Source: an uncultured cyanobacterium
GTDB lineage: Bacteria; Cyanobacteriota; Cyanobacteriia; Cyanobacteriales; CAWUOF01
Assembly: GCA_963744145.1 (NCBI GenBank)
Contig: CAVUSO010000001.1
Span: forward strand, 1,344,001 to 1,408,000
Direction of reading: 5' to 3'
Length of the DNA stretch: 64,000 nt
Positions 18,951 to 28,950 of the stretch are shown here, piece by piece. Position 1 is the first letter of the stretch, and each line of letters begins with the position of its first letter. The position numbers were made by a program, and so were the translations under genes. The notes beneath the pieces are model-generated. The model was not told the DNA's origin. It did no database searches and worked only from the letters and a program-made list of their open reading frames with translations.

Positions 18951-19202
18951 ATGTCAGGCGGATCAACTGGAGAACGCCCATTTTCGGATATTATTACTAG
19001 TGTTCGTTATTGGGTAATTCACAGCATTACTATTCCAGCTTTGTTTATCGCTGGTTGGTTATTTGTTAGTACCGGTTTGGCTTATGATGCGTTTGGTACA
19101 CCCCGACCAAATGAGTATTATACTCAAACCCGTCAACAAGTGCCCATTGTTAGCGATCGCTTTGAAAGTAAACAGCAAATCCAAGATTTTATCAGTAAGT
19201 AA
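18951..19202 (+). CDS. psbE: cytochrome b559 alpha subunit
   Basis: [31 protein letters not shown] before ATG 18951. Confidence 0.98.
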   Translation: MSGGSTGERPFSDIITSVRYWVIHSITIPALFIAGWLFVSTGLAYDAFGTPRPNEYYTQTRQQVPIVSDRFESKQQIQDFISK

Positions 19203-19224
19203 TTGTTGTTAGGAGTGGTAAGTT

Positions 19225-19362
19225 ATGACCAGCAAGAATCCCGGAAATGAACCAATTTCCTATCCAATTTTTACCGTCAGATGGCTGGCAGTTCATACTT
19301 TAGGAGTGCCCACTATCTTCTTTTTAGGCGCGATCGCCGCTATGCAATTTATTCAACGATAG
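19225..19362 (+). CDS. psbF: cytochrome b559 beta subunit
   Basis: Manual translation [45 protein letters not shown]. Confidence 0.97.
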   Translation: MTSKNPGNEPISYPIFTVRWLAVHTLGVPTIFFLGAIAAMQFIQR

Positions 19363-19374
19363 GAGATCGTTTTT

Positions 19375-19497
19375 ATGCCAGCTCGTGCTCCCAATCCCAA
19401 TGAACAACCCGTGGAACTAAATCGGACTTCCCTATATTTAGGGCTACTCCTGGTTTTTGTTTTGGGTATTCTGTTTTCCAGTTACTTCTTTAACTAA
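19375..19497 (+). CDS. psbL: photosystem II protein L
   Basis: [40 protein letters not shown]. Confidence 0.97.
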   Translation: MPARAPNPNEQPVELNRTSLYLGLLLVFVLGILFSSYFFN

Positions 19498-19552
19498 CTG
19501 GTTTTAATTGCAACTAACAATCTGATTTTTAGCATAAGGAGGAAAAAATACT

Positions 19553-19672
19553 GTGGCTAATTCTGGCAGAATTCCTTTGTGGGTTGTCGCAACTGTCGCT
19601 GGTTTAGGTGTAATTACCGTTGTCGGTCTTTTCTTCTACGGTGCTTACGTTGGACTAGGTTCATCTCTGTAA
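19553..19672 (+). CDS. psbJ: photosystem II protein J
   Basis: GTG start after [23 protein letters not shown]...[13 protein letters not shown]. Confidence 0.96.
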   Translation: MANSGRIPLWVVATVAGLGVITVVGLFFYGAYVGLGSSL

Positions 19673-19695
19673 ATCTCGGTTAATCTGGATGTGCC

Positions 19696-19735
19696 AAAAA
19701 AAACCGCTTGTCTGATTTAGACAAGTGGTTTTTTA
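19696..19735. terminator. bidirectional terminator between psbJ and psaI
   Basis: AAAAAAACCGCTTGTCT-GATTT-AGACAAGTGGTTTTTTT. Confidence 0.8.
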
Positions 19736-19768
19736 ATTAAATCTGGGTTCTCGTTCACTGGTGGAAGT

Positions 19769-19873
19769 TTAAGCGTCGCTCTCAATATGAATAAACAAGA
19801 GCGCCATTGTTACCAAAGGAAAAACCCAGACAACGATCGGAGTGAAGATTCCAGGTAAGAAAGAAGCTGCCAT
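19769..19873 (-). CDS. psaI: photosystem I subunit VIII
   Basis: Manual translation [34 protein letters not shown] with AGGA upstream; below the ORF-track size cut-off. Confidence 0.88.
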   Translation of the reverse strand: MAASFLPGIFTPIVVWVFPLVTMALLFIHIESDA

Positions 19874-19979
19874 AGTAAATTTTCCTATCTTGATTTGACG
19901 GAACTCTTAAGCACTTTAGCTGGGAATGAGTCCAAATTTGCGGAATGATCAAAATTTTTAACAAATATCAAAAATTCAC

Positions 19980-21986
19980 CTACACTAAAGGCAAGGTGGG
20001 CGGCGCAGGTGGCCCAATTTTGCGGCGGACGGTGACTTTATAACTCTCGCTTTGGGTGGTAATTTCGATCGCGATCGCTTCAAATTGGACTTCAATTGTA
20101 CCATAAGGAATGATGATCATCTCCTGGGCTACCATCTGTCCCCGTCCAGTCGTAGTAAAATCCATTAACCAGCGCGGTTCAGTCAATAGGGAACGACTTT
20201 GGCAATCTTGTAACCATAACTTAACACAAGTGGGATTGGGTAAAGGCTCAGGTAGTTTTACTTTAATCGCGATCGCTTTTCCAGCTATTAATTCTCCTTC
20301 TGGCACTTCTAATATTGGTGTAGGAATAGATTCTGATTTAATTGCTTTTATTTCGGGTTTGACTACTTTAGGTTTGTTTGGAAAAATCACCAATTCATCA
20401 TCAATTACCACTTCTTGTTCTTCGGAATTAATCACTGGTTGGGGTGGTTTTTTCCAGATTTGCTCAACCTCTGTTTCCTGATCTAATTCCATCGGAATTT
20501 CTGCGGCTGAAAAATGGGTTTGTAACCACACCGATAACTCTTCATCACTAGCTAATGAATTCAACCGTGATAAAAATCGATCTTGGAGATGTAAAGATTC
20601 AAAAGCTTCCTCAATCGGAGACTCTTGCTCATGTTCAGTTGCGGGATTATAAAGATCAGACAACTCTAAAGCATGATTTTCTTGACTGATTGCTTCTTCA
20701 ATTTGAGTCTGTAAATCATCATGATTAACTAACTCTAATTCCCTCATCTCATCGACTGGCAAATTTTCCGGTTCTGGTGGAAAAATCACCGATTTTGGTA
20801 AATCTATCGGAGCTGGTTCATTGACCGATGGAGTTTTCGCTGTGGTTGATGAACTACTTTCAGACCAAGCAAATAATGACCGATGCTGAACATTAATCAG
20901 TCTTGGTAATTGAGGAGATTTTTGGTTTGATTTCGGTACAACTGGTGGAGATTTAGTCTTGGGTTTTGGTGGTAATGGTGGATCAAGGATCGGTGGAATC
21001 GCTGGATTGAAGGAAGGTTGAAACTGAATTGATGGTGGAGTTTGTGGTTTACTGATAATATTCAGAAAATTCAGATTTAATTCCTTGTGGTTGAGGGCTT
21101 CTCTGGTATGATATAAAAGGTCTTCTTCTCTCACATCACTCTTAATTGACCCCAATAATTCATCTAAATTAGCTGCGATCGTAAACGGTTGACTAGCTTG
21201 TTCAAGTGAGTTTGAGTCAGTAAAAACAACTTCCCCTAAAATTAAACGTGTGGGACAATCAACCGGAAGAGAAATTGGACAAGCAAAACGAGCTGGTGCT
21301 ACTTGTTCCCTGATCGGTACTCGAACAGTATCTAATACCTTGGCATTTTCTGGATCACGTAGACAAATTTCTAATTCCCCCAGACCAATATTTCTCAAAT
21401 TGACTTTATGATCTGTGCTACCAGAAAGCTCTCGTAGATCAAGAATATCGATTTGTCCAGCAATAGTTAAAGATTGTCCTTTTCCCGCTATATATGTTTC
21501 TTGCTCTAAGCTAATTAATAAGGTAATTTGAGGACGATTTGCTGGTAATCTCTCGGTCGAGAGAACATCAGGAGCAGAGCTACTAAAATCAGGAGTTAAT
21601 TCTTCTGGTTGGGTTTCTTCCTGGTTAAGTGGACTAGAGCTAGGTAAAACTTGCAGATTGAGAGAGTATTCCCACTTTTCCCCCCATAAATCTGTATTTA
21701 AGTCTCCTTGACATTTTAGTTGCCAATTACCTGATTTTAAGTAGGTATAAGGGAAAAGAACCATTAATCCGTCTTGATTAGTACGTCGCGATCGCTTTTG
21801 TCCCATAATTTTGGGTGGGACTTCATCGGTTTGGTAACTGATGTCAATGTCCACCTTGGTATTAGCTCGGTTGGAGCGGACCACCATCCGATACTGACCC
21901 TCGGTCAGTTCAACTTTGGATGATTTGAGCGGTTTCCAGGTGCGTTCACCTTCTTTCTGGATCAGAAATTCCCAATATTTCATCAC
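19980..21986 (-). CDS. hypothetical protein (beta-rich termini, Pro/acidic linker)
   Basis: 668-aa ORF starting YWEFLIQKEGER.W, a pattern seen in cyanobacterial hypothetical proteins. Confidence 0.75.
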   Translation of the reverse strand: MMKYWEFLIQKEGERTWKPLKSSKVELTEGQYRMVVRSNRANTKVDIDISYQTDEVPPKIMGQKRSRRTNQDGLMVLFPYTYLKSGNWQLKCQGDLNTDLWGEKWEYSLNLQVLPSSSPLNQEETQPEELTPDFSSSAPDVLSTERLPANRPQITLLISLEQETYIAGKGQSLTIAGQIDILDLRELSGSTDHKVNLRNIGLGELEICLRDPENAKVLDTVRVPIREQVAPARFACPISLPVDCPTRLILGEVVFTDSNSLEQASQPFTIAANLDELLGSIKSDVREEDLLYHTREALNHKELNLNFLNIISKPQTPPSIQFQPSFNPAIPPILDPPLPPKPKTKSPPVVPKSNQKSPQLPRLINVQHRSLFAWSESSSSTTAKTPSVNEPAPIDLPKSVIFPPEPENLPVDEMRELELVNHDDLQTQIEEAISQENHALELSDLYNPATEHEQESPIEEAFESLHLQDRFLSRLNSLASDEELSVWLQTHFSAAEIPMELDQETEVEQIWKKPPQPVINSEEQEVVIDDELVIFPNKPKVVKPEIKAIKSESIPTPILEVPEGELIAGKAIAIKVKLPEPLPNPTCVKLWLQDCQSRSLLTEPRWLMDFTTTGRGQMVAQEMIIIPYGTIEVQFEAIAIEITTQSESYKVTVRRKIGPPAPPTLPLV

Positions 21987-22437
21987 TAGCTACAAAAATA
22001 ATACTAATTGGCAATAGAAAACTTTTTAGCTAGTTTAACGCAATTGGATGGCTAAGTAGGATCGGGATGGTTGGGTTGGGTTGGGGACATTAACAGTTGG
22101 GGATGGGATGAGCTGATGATTCAGAAAAATAAAAGCGCGATCGCACTTTTTGAGGATGAGCAATATTAATCAATCAACTTAAAATTTTGGTAAAGTTTAC
22201 GGTTGACTAGATTAAGCTTAAGTGAAGGTTATTTTAGTTAGATTTGGCTAAAAATTAAAAAAATATAACAGAAATAAATATCTTAGTGGAGTTGACTGTA
22301 AAGACTAGAAATTTAAGTGAAGTTTACTGGAAGTAGCGCAAGTTAAATAAAGCTTAAGTTTACTGAAACTAGATTGACATGAAAAGGGATTGAGGAAATA
22401 ATTAATCCTCAGAGGATAAATTTATGAAAGTAAACCA

Positions 22438-22659
22438 ATGAAAAATAGTAAGAAAGAGTTTGAACTCAGTTACAACAGTAAGGAAGAATTCCAAATGAAA
22501 TTGAACTGGGATGATTGTGGAGACTGTTTGCTAGAAGGGAGAGAGGTAATATTATGCAAATCTGTATGTGTGCGGAATCGGAATTACTTACTCAGTCGAA
22601 TTCTCAAAAATCCCAAAGATGTTAATTTGATCAGACACAGCTATTGTCCGACCGACTAG
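22438..22659 (+). CDS. small Cys-containing hypothetical protein
   Basis: 73-aa ORF in an otherwise empty interval; no recognisable family. Confidence 0.3.
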   Translation: MKNSKKEFELSYNSKEEFQMKLNWDDCGDCLLEGREVILCKSVCVRNRNYLLSRILKNPKDVNLIRHSYCPTD

Positions 22660-22739
22660 GGTGTTTTTCTAGTGGAACGAGTTAAAAAAGGAGTCAGAAA
22701 ATTATCTAACTCCAATATTTCTAAACTTAAAAACCTACT

Positions 22740-24485
22740 TTACTTAGCAGGTTTTGGTGCTTGAGCTTTTTTCATATTCTCCACACTAATTCCCAGCACC
22801 CAGACAGTAACTAAGATAACTCCTAAGACTTGGTAAGTTACCAAAGACTCGTTAATGAGCACCAAAGCCATAATTGCGGTTAAAGCTGGACCACTAGCCC
22901 CCACAACTGAAGCTAAAGCTGGACCAATCAAGGGCACCCCAAAATTATTGAGGAGATAACCGACTAAAGTTGTCATAGCCATAACTGCTACCCCACAGGA
23001 CAGAGGTATCCACATGGTTGGGTCTACGTTATATCTCAATCCAGGTAAAACTGAACTAGACAGAAGAGTCACACCAGACAAAAATAAGATCGTGGTGAAA
23101 TTAACCACACTAAAGGGAGCCGGGTGCATTTTTGCCAATTTAATCAAGATGACATAGACCGCAAAAGCCACACCTGATGCAGCGGCAGTAGCTGCTCCTA
23201 AACCAATATTACCTGTTGATTGGACAGTAAAACCAGAAGTAGGAATGGTGAGATAGCCACCAATATAAATCGTGATCGCGGCTAATACCAACAAAAAAGT
23301 TGGGCGATCGCCAAAAATTGCCCATGCTAACAAAATAGTTATGGTGGGATAAACAAAGAAAATCGTCGTTGCTACACCAGTTGCCACATTTCCTAGGGCA
23401 ATATAGATAAAAAACTGGGATAAAAACAGGAAGAACCCACTACCAATCACACTGTAAAGTTTGATCCGGTTTTCAGTTTTGAGCAAAGACCGAATATCTC
23501 GCCAAGTATGAGGATAAATGCGTGGTGCAACGATAAAAGCCATCACTGGTGCGACCATTGCCAAACGCATGACCAAAATTAACAAGGAATTACCAGCACT
23601 TGGAGAAATGAATCCACCAAGTTTCCCTAAACCCAAAATAACTTTCTCTCGCAACACTACTCGAGTAACTACATTTTGGAAGGAAATAATGATCGAAGAA
23701 AACAAGATCAGTAACAAACCTCGATTAAAAGCATTAGTTTGAGGTGCAGTAGCGGTCGTCGGTGGGGGTGGAGTGGGACTGGGAGGACTCGGTGGAACAC
23801 TTGCGGGTGTTTCGCGATCGAGAACGCGTCCCCCTGAACTTTCTGGGTAGACGACCAAACGATTCAGACTACCATTAACCTCGACTTGAATTTGGGAAAT
23901 GAGACGACTAACCAGGGTTTCTAAAATCATCTCACCTTGTTTTTCCAGACTGTGCATCCGACCCAGCTGTTGAGACAAGGCACTTTGATAGCTGCTCAGT
24001 TCTTGTTCTAGAGTTCTAAAAGTAGTGTTCAGAGTAGCATCTAAAGAATTGAGGAGACGATAAGCATCTTCGTTATAGTTCTTCCCAGGGGAAATTTGGG
24101 GCAAACTCGGACTAGCACCAATGCTAGCAAAAGGCTGAACTGAAGCAGCATTAATTTCGTCAATCCTTTCGAGGAGTCGTTCTTGCAGATGACTGGCCAT
24201 GACTTGGGCCAATTGTTTGATCCAACGTTGTTGCTGAACCATCTGCTGTTGGGACAAAGATTCCATCTGCTGCGCTTGCAGTTGTCGATATTGAACTCGG
24301 AGACTTTCAATATCCTCAATTAGCAGCGATTTTTCAGTACGAAGACGGGAGATATCCTGAGCTAACTGGACGTTCAAATCTTGCTGTAGACGTTTCAGCT
24401 CCTCGGTTACTGCCCGGAGCGCATCTTGTGCTGCTCTGGGATCTCCTGCTCCATAATTTTCTGGTTGATTGTCCAGTTGAGCCAT
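22740..24485 (-). CDS. sepJ: septal junction protein SepJ/FraG (coiled coil + short Pro-rich linker + DMT permease)
   Basis: N-terminal coiled coil, PPSPPSPTPPPP linker, EamA/DMT-type membrane domain. Confidence 0.85.
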   Translation of the reverse strand: MAQLDNQPENYGAGDPRAAQDALRAVTEELKRLQQDLNVQLAQDISRLRTEKSLLIEDIESLRVQYRQLQAQQMESLSQQQMVQQQRWIKQLAQVMASHLQERLLERIDEINAASVQPFASIGASPSLPQISPGKNYNEDAYRLLNSLDATLNTTFRTLEQELSSYQSALSQQLGRMHSLEKQGEMILETLVSRLISQIQVEVNGSLNRLVVYPESSGGRVLDRETPASVPPSPPSPTPPPPTTATAPQTNAFNRGLLLILFSSIIISFQNVVTRVVLREKVILGLGKLGGFISPSAGNSLLILVMRLAMVAPVMAFIVAPRIYPHTWRDIRSLLKTENRIKLYSVIGSGFFLFLSQFFIYIALGNVATGVATTIFFVYPTITILLAWAIFGDRPTFLLVLAAITIYIGGYLTIPTSGFTVQSTGNIGLGAATAAASGVAFAVYVILIKLAKMHPAPFSVVNFTTILFLSGVTLLSSSVLPGLRYNVDPTMWIPLSCGVAVMAMTTLVGYLLNNFGVPLIGPALASVVGASGPALTAIMALVLINESLVTYQVLGVILVTVWVLGISVENMKKAQAPKPAK

Positions 24486-24943
24486 TAGTATCTAACCTCT
24501 AGCTGTATAGAATTTATCTTGATGCTGTTGGGCATCTGGGATGCTTTGTGCCCTGAATACTTTTTCAATTTGACCTAACCGATCAACAGCCTAAAAATTT
24601 AAGTTTCGGTAAAGGAAAATTTAATAAAGGCTAAACCGTTTAGGGTCATTTTAGCTAAGACACCCTAGTATTGCCCAACAATGGTGCCATGATCAGGCAA
24701 TGATAACAATGAGATTATAAGGATTATAAGACTGACAATTATTTTTCAGGCATCTTTTCTAATTTTTGGCTTTTCTCGCGGGGAATTTTACTAATCCAGG
24801 CCAAAATAGAATCAGCCGATCCAATTTATTAAGGAAGTTGTCCATCAGGAGATTTACCAAGCAAGTTAGCCAGTAGCATAGGTGAAATATCAGGAAATAT
24901 CTGAAAAATAGGTACTCCTAGAAATTAAGGGAAGGCTCGGATA

Positions 24944-26302
24944 ATGGGACGAATTTTTCTTTCAGCGGGTCATGGTGGTTTAGAAAATGGCGTCATTGAT
25001 CCAGGGACAATTGCCGGAGGGACAACAGAAGCGAAGGAAATGATCCAGCTTCGAGATTTGGTCGTGAGTGAGTTGCGATCGCGAGCTGTGGAAGTCTTAG
25101 CGATTCCTGATGATCTGAGTTTGGCACAAACCATTAATTGGATCAATGCTCGTGCTGGGAATACAGATGTCGCGATCAAACTCCAGACTGATTCCTATTC
25201 CAATCCTTCAGTGCGAGGAGCTAGCGTTTACTATATTGCCAATAATGCTCAACGTCAAAGCGATGCGGATACTTTACTATTAGCTCTGTTGCGACGGGTG
25301 CCCCAATTACCCAGTCGTGGGAGTAAACCAGATACAGCAACTGGTGTCGGTAGTTTGGCTTTTTGTCGTCAGATTGCAGCTGCTTCATTACTGCTCGAAG
25401 TTGGTTTTCTCACTAATCCTGATGATCGAGCTTTGCTCCAAAGTCGTCGTCGCGATTTTGCGGTTGGGATTGCTGAAGGTTTACAAGCTTGGTTGGGGAG
25501 AGTAAATGCTCCGGGTGGGGAAACTGATCCCAGCGCAACTACCTATCCACCCATTGACATCAATGTTAATGGTCAAATTTACGACGAAAAAGGAATCTTA
25601 ATTAGTGGTAATTCTTACATTCCTATTGATTTAGTCGATCGCTTCAAAATTGATCTGTCTAAATCAACCAATGTGCGTCGCATTAATTACAAAAATGTTG
25701 TTTACATCAAAGCTATTGAATTACGAGCATTTCATGTTTCGATTAGTTGGGATCATCCCAGTCACACGGTTTTGTTACGCTCAATTTTGCCAATTTGCCC
25801 TGGTATTATAGATCAAATTATGGGGAATGGTCATACTACTGAAGTTCAGCTTCAGATGTTTTTGCGAGCTAATAATGAAGCCGGACTCAACCAATTTCCT
25901 GATATCGCTAAACTCTATCGGGAAGAAGGCACTATTGAAGGTGTTAACTATGATATTGCCTTTTGTCAAATGTGTTTAGAGACGACCTTTTTACACTTTA
26001 GTGCTGATCTCAAATCTAGTCAAAATAATTTTGCTGCTTTGGGTTCAATTGGTGGTAGCTCAGAAAGTGCGTCTTTTCCTAGTGCTAGAATTGGAGTGAG
26101 GGCACATATTCAACAATTGAAAGCTTATGCTAGCACAGAACCTTTAGTCCAAGAACTGGTTGCTCCTCGGTTTCGGTTTGTGACTAGGGGAATTGCTCCT
26201 TTAGTGGAACAATTAGGTGGACGTTGGTCTACTGATTTACAGTATGGTAATAAAATCATGTCCTTAGTCAAACGACTGTACGAATCAAGTGGATTGTTAT
26301 AG
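24944..26302 (+). CDS. N-acetylmuramoyl-L-alanine amidase-family protein with C-terminal glucosaminidase-like domain (TftA-like)
   Basis: IFLSAGHGG, LLEVGFLTN (Amidase_3); AFCQMCLET, QNNFA.LG, GVRAHIQ.LKAY (lysozyme-like domain). Confidence 0.8.
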   Translation: MGRIFLSAGHGGLENGVIDPGTIAGGTTEAKEMIQLRDLVVSELRSRAVEVLAIPDDLSLAQTINWINARAGNTDVAIKLQTDSYSNPSVRGASVYYIANNAQRQSDADTLLLALLRRVPQLPSRGSKPDTATGVGSLAFCRQIAAASLLLEVGFLTNPDDRALLQSRRRDFAVGIAEGLQAWLGRVNAPGGETDPSATTYPPIDINVNGQIYDEKGILISGNSYIPIDLVDRFKIDLSKSTNVRRINYKNVVYIKAIELRAFHVSISWDHPSHTVLLRSILPICPGIIDQIMGNGHTTEVQLQMFLRANNEAGLNQFPDIAKLYREEGTIEGVNYDIAFCQMCLETTFLHFSADLKSSQNNFAALGSIGGSSESASFPSARIGVRAHIQQLKAYASTEPLVQELVAPRFRFVTRGIAPLVEQLGGRWSTDLQYGNKIMSLVKRLYESSGLL

Positions 26303-26352
26303 TCGTTGAGCTTAATCGGGTGTCGGGGTTAAAACCTGACACCTGAAGCTAA

Positions 26353-27129
26353 TTAAACTTGTTTGAAAAAGCGAATTATTTCACGTATATGGTCAAGAAA
26401 TTGACCGTCTGTGGTTAATTGGGCGATCGCATTTTTTGCTTCTCTAGTTAATTGTTCATGTTCCGCTTGATTAGTGATTCGCAGTTGTTCTCCCGTGGCT
26501 GCTATTCTAGTTAAATCATTACGAATTGCTTCTAATTGACGTTGTTCATTCGCAATCCAAGAAGTTGGATCTTCTGGGTTAAGTTGAGTTGCAATTTGGT
26601 TAACTTTTTCTTCTAAATTGCTCACTCGATCGCGGAGTTCTATGATGTCTTCCCGGGGATATTTTAATTCCTGACGAATCATTGCTAATCGCTGGGCTAA
26701 ATATTCATAACCCCGAATCGCTGGACGCAAAATTGTCAGTAGTAATGCTGCACCAGAACTAATATATCCAACTTTACTAATACCTGCGATCGCTAGACTA
26801 TATAATCCAATTGTGGAAATCAGATGGAGGGCGATCGCGGCGAAGAGCGATCGTTGTGCTAACATTTTGACATATTTGATTTGTTTTTGCTCGACTGGAA
26901 TTCCTTTTTCGATCGACTGGTTTGCTGTTGCTAATACTTCTTTAGCTTCAAAATGAATATTCCACGGTACAGTGACGATGATCAGTAACCACCAAAAACT
27001 AGCACCACCGATCATCCAATCGAGAAAGTTACCTGTGGGCACCTGTAACCATTTTAGCAATCCAAATGTTACTAAAGTCAAAGTTATTAATCCGATCGTT
27101 AAATTGGTGAACAATCTCAAGGAAGACAT
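26353..27129 (-). CDS. membrane protein with C-terminal coiled coil, function unknown
   Basis: Four hydrophobic segments followed by a heptad-rich tail. Confidence 0.75.
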   Translation of the reverse strand: MSSLRLFTNLTIGLITLTLVTFGLLKWLQVPTGNFLDWMIGGASFWWLLIIVTVPWNIHFEAKEVLATANQSIEKGIPVEQKQIKYVKMLAQRSLFAAIALHLISTIGLYSLAIAGISKVGYISSGAALLLTILRPAIRGYEYLAQRLAMIRQELKYPREDIIELRDRVSNLEEKVNQIATQLNPEDPTSWIANEQRQLEAIRNDLTRIAATGEQLRITNQAEHEQLTREAKNAIAQLTTDGQFLDHIREIIRFFKQV

Positions 27130-27236
27130 TACTTCTACCTTTGTTAAAAGTGGTTCAGTTAACTGTAGGGGCGTTCGCCCAGTCTGCGCTGAGATCTCCC
27201 AAAAAAAAATTCTTAACTGAATGTATTTTAATACAT

Positions 27237-27359
27237 AAGACCTCTTGCAAAAGTCATGTTGAGCAATTTACTGGACAGGCAAGATGCCTGTCCCACAACC
27301 AAAAAAACTCTTGTGGGACAGGCATCTTGCCTGTCCTAGTTATTTTTGCAAGAAGTCTA
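27237..27359. mobile_element. MITE-like element with TIRs and an internal pair of GTGG-type REP hairpins
   Basis: AGACCTCTTGCAAAA...TTTTGCAAGAAGTCT; internal ACAGGCAAGATGCCTGTCCCAC / GTGGGACAGGCATCTTGCCTGT; relative at 30557-30671. Confidence 0.75.
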
Positions 27360-27389
27360 TAGTTGATCTGTTGGTTGCATAGGTGGTGA

Positions 27390-27479
27390 GGGCAAAGCAT
27401 TTCGGTAATATTATTTTTCGCTGAAGCCATCATTTATTCGCCGAAATGCTTTGCCCCTACAATTAACTGAACCGTATTG
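27390..27479 (-). repeat. partial GTAG-hairpin MITE copy
   Basis: Nearly identical to 15421-15510; ends TTAACTGAACCGTATTG. Confidence 0.75.
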
Positions 27480-27767
27480 GACTATCAAGCAGACTAGATT
27501 TTGCGATTATCCTAAAAATGGGCTTATATATCTGATCTTTGGACAAAATTACTAGCGTTGCTTTACCAAAGCTTTAAGATTTGATGGAAAAACTTCGCTT
27601 AAACAAAGTATAAATACCTCCAGATTTAATTTACAGTTATTATGTTCCGGAAAAAACACAGTTAAAAGTATTAAGTCACCAAATTTTTGGACAGGCTTTT
27701 CCCAAGTCCTGAAAGTTATTCTTTTGATTACTTTTTCCAGCAATAAGTAACTAAATAAATTATCAGT

Positions 27768-28028
27768 ATGTATGGTATTAATCAGACGGTGACCAGGTAT
27801 ATGCCCAATATTTCCAACAATGGTGATCAAGAATTAGAAACCACGAGCGAAGATTTATTAACCAAAAGTATGGCATTACGAGAAAAATGTCAAGTCTTAA
27901 TAGATCGGAGTCAGGATTTATTAGCAAAGAATGAGATCATGAAAAATGAATTAATCAAAGCAAAACAACGTCTAGGAGTAATAAATAGTTATGAGGATGA
28001 TGATGATGACTCGGAAAATACGCAATAA
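27768..28028 (+). CDS. small coiled-coil hypothetical protein with acidic tail
   Basis: 86-aa ORF; start may be ATG 27801. Confidence 0.5.
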   Translation: MYGINQTVTRYMPNISNNGDQELETTSEDLLTKSMALREKCQVLIDRSQDLLAKNEIMKNELIKAKQRLGVINSYEDDDDDSENTQ

Positions 28029-28045
28029 AGAACCTTGATTTGATG

Positions 28046-28921
28046 TTAACGATGAAGAATCTGGGAAATCATCTGGTTAGCTTGATTTGCATAACCACCA
28101 CCAAATAAATTAAAGTGATTGAGAATATGGTAAAGATTATAGAGAGATTTGCGTCTTTCATAGCCTGGATCTAAAGACCAGGAATTGTGATAGCTGCGAT
28201 AAAATGCTGAGGGAAAACCACCAAAGAGTTCTGTCATTGCTAAGTCAACTTCCCGATCGCCAAAATAGTTAGCAGGATCAAAAATTATCGGTTCTCCAGA
28301 TACTGTAATTGCTGCATTTCCACCCCACAGATCACCATGAACTAGCGCAGGTTGGGGTTGGTGTTCTTCGAGTAACTCTTTGATTTTAACTAACAAAAGA
28401 TCAGCTTCAGGAAAATATCCACCTTTACGTTTGGCTAATTTTAACTGATAACCAATGCGGGATTCTGTCCAAAAATCAGCCCAATTATTGTTCCAAGTAT
28501 TAATTTGTAGTGTTGAACCGATCGTATTGTTCTGATCCCAACCGAAACGATGAGCAGATTCGTGCTGGTGCATCATTGCTAATTGATGTCCCATTTCTGA
28601 CCATGCGCGATCGCTCTGGGACTTACCAAAATCAATCCATTCTAACACTAAATAAGCATAATCTCCCGCGACCCCCGTACAAATGGGTTGAGGAACCCGG
28701 ATGGTCCGGGTTTGACCCATTGCTTGTAAACCTTGGAATTCTGCGGTAAACATCGACAGATCAGCGGTACGATTTAGCTTAACAAAATATTTTGATTGGG
28801 AATTAGCTAAACAATACCCCTGGTTAATACAACCACCACTAACCGAGTGACGTTCTTGAGTCTCAAATTTTTGACCAGTAACTTGACTAATCTGGATGTC
28901 TATTTCTGTCCACATGAGCAA
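28046..28921 (-). CDS. fructosamine kinase family protein
   Basis: SVSGGCIN, YFVKLN, LVHGDLWGGN, FDPA.YFGDREVDLAM. Confidence 0.93.
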   Translation of the reverse strand: MLMWTEIDIQISQVTGQKFETQERHSVSGGCINQGYCLANSQSKYFVKLNRTADLSMFTAEFQGLQAMGQTRTIRVPQPICTGVAGDYAYLVLEWIDFGKSQSDRAWSEMGHQLAMMHQHESAHRFGWDQNNTIGSTLQINTWNNNWADFWTESRIGYQLKLAKRKGGYFPEADLLLVKIKELLEEHQPQPALVHGDLWGGNAAITVSGEPIIFDPANYFGDREVDLAMTELFGGFPSAFYRSYHNSWSLDPGYERRKSLYNLYHILNHFNLFGGGYANQANQMISQILHR

Positions 28922-28950
28922 TCAGTAATTTCTTGTCGCACTAAAAATTA

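Noticed and set aside
19782..19964. 60-aa ORF in the track
   Set aside because: Wrong frame; the real gene here is psaI (19769-19873).
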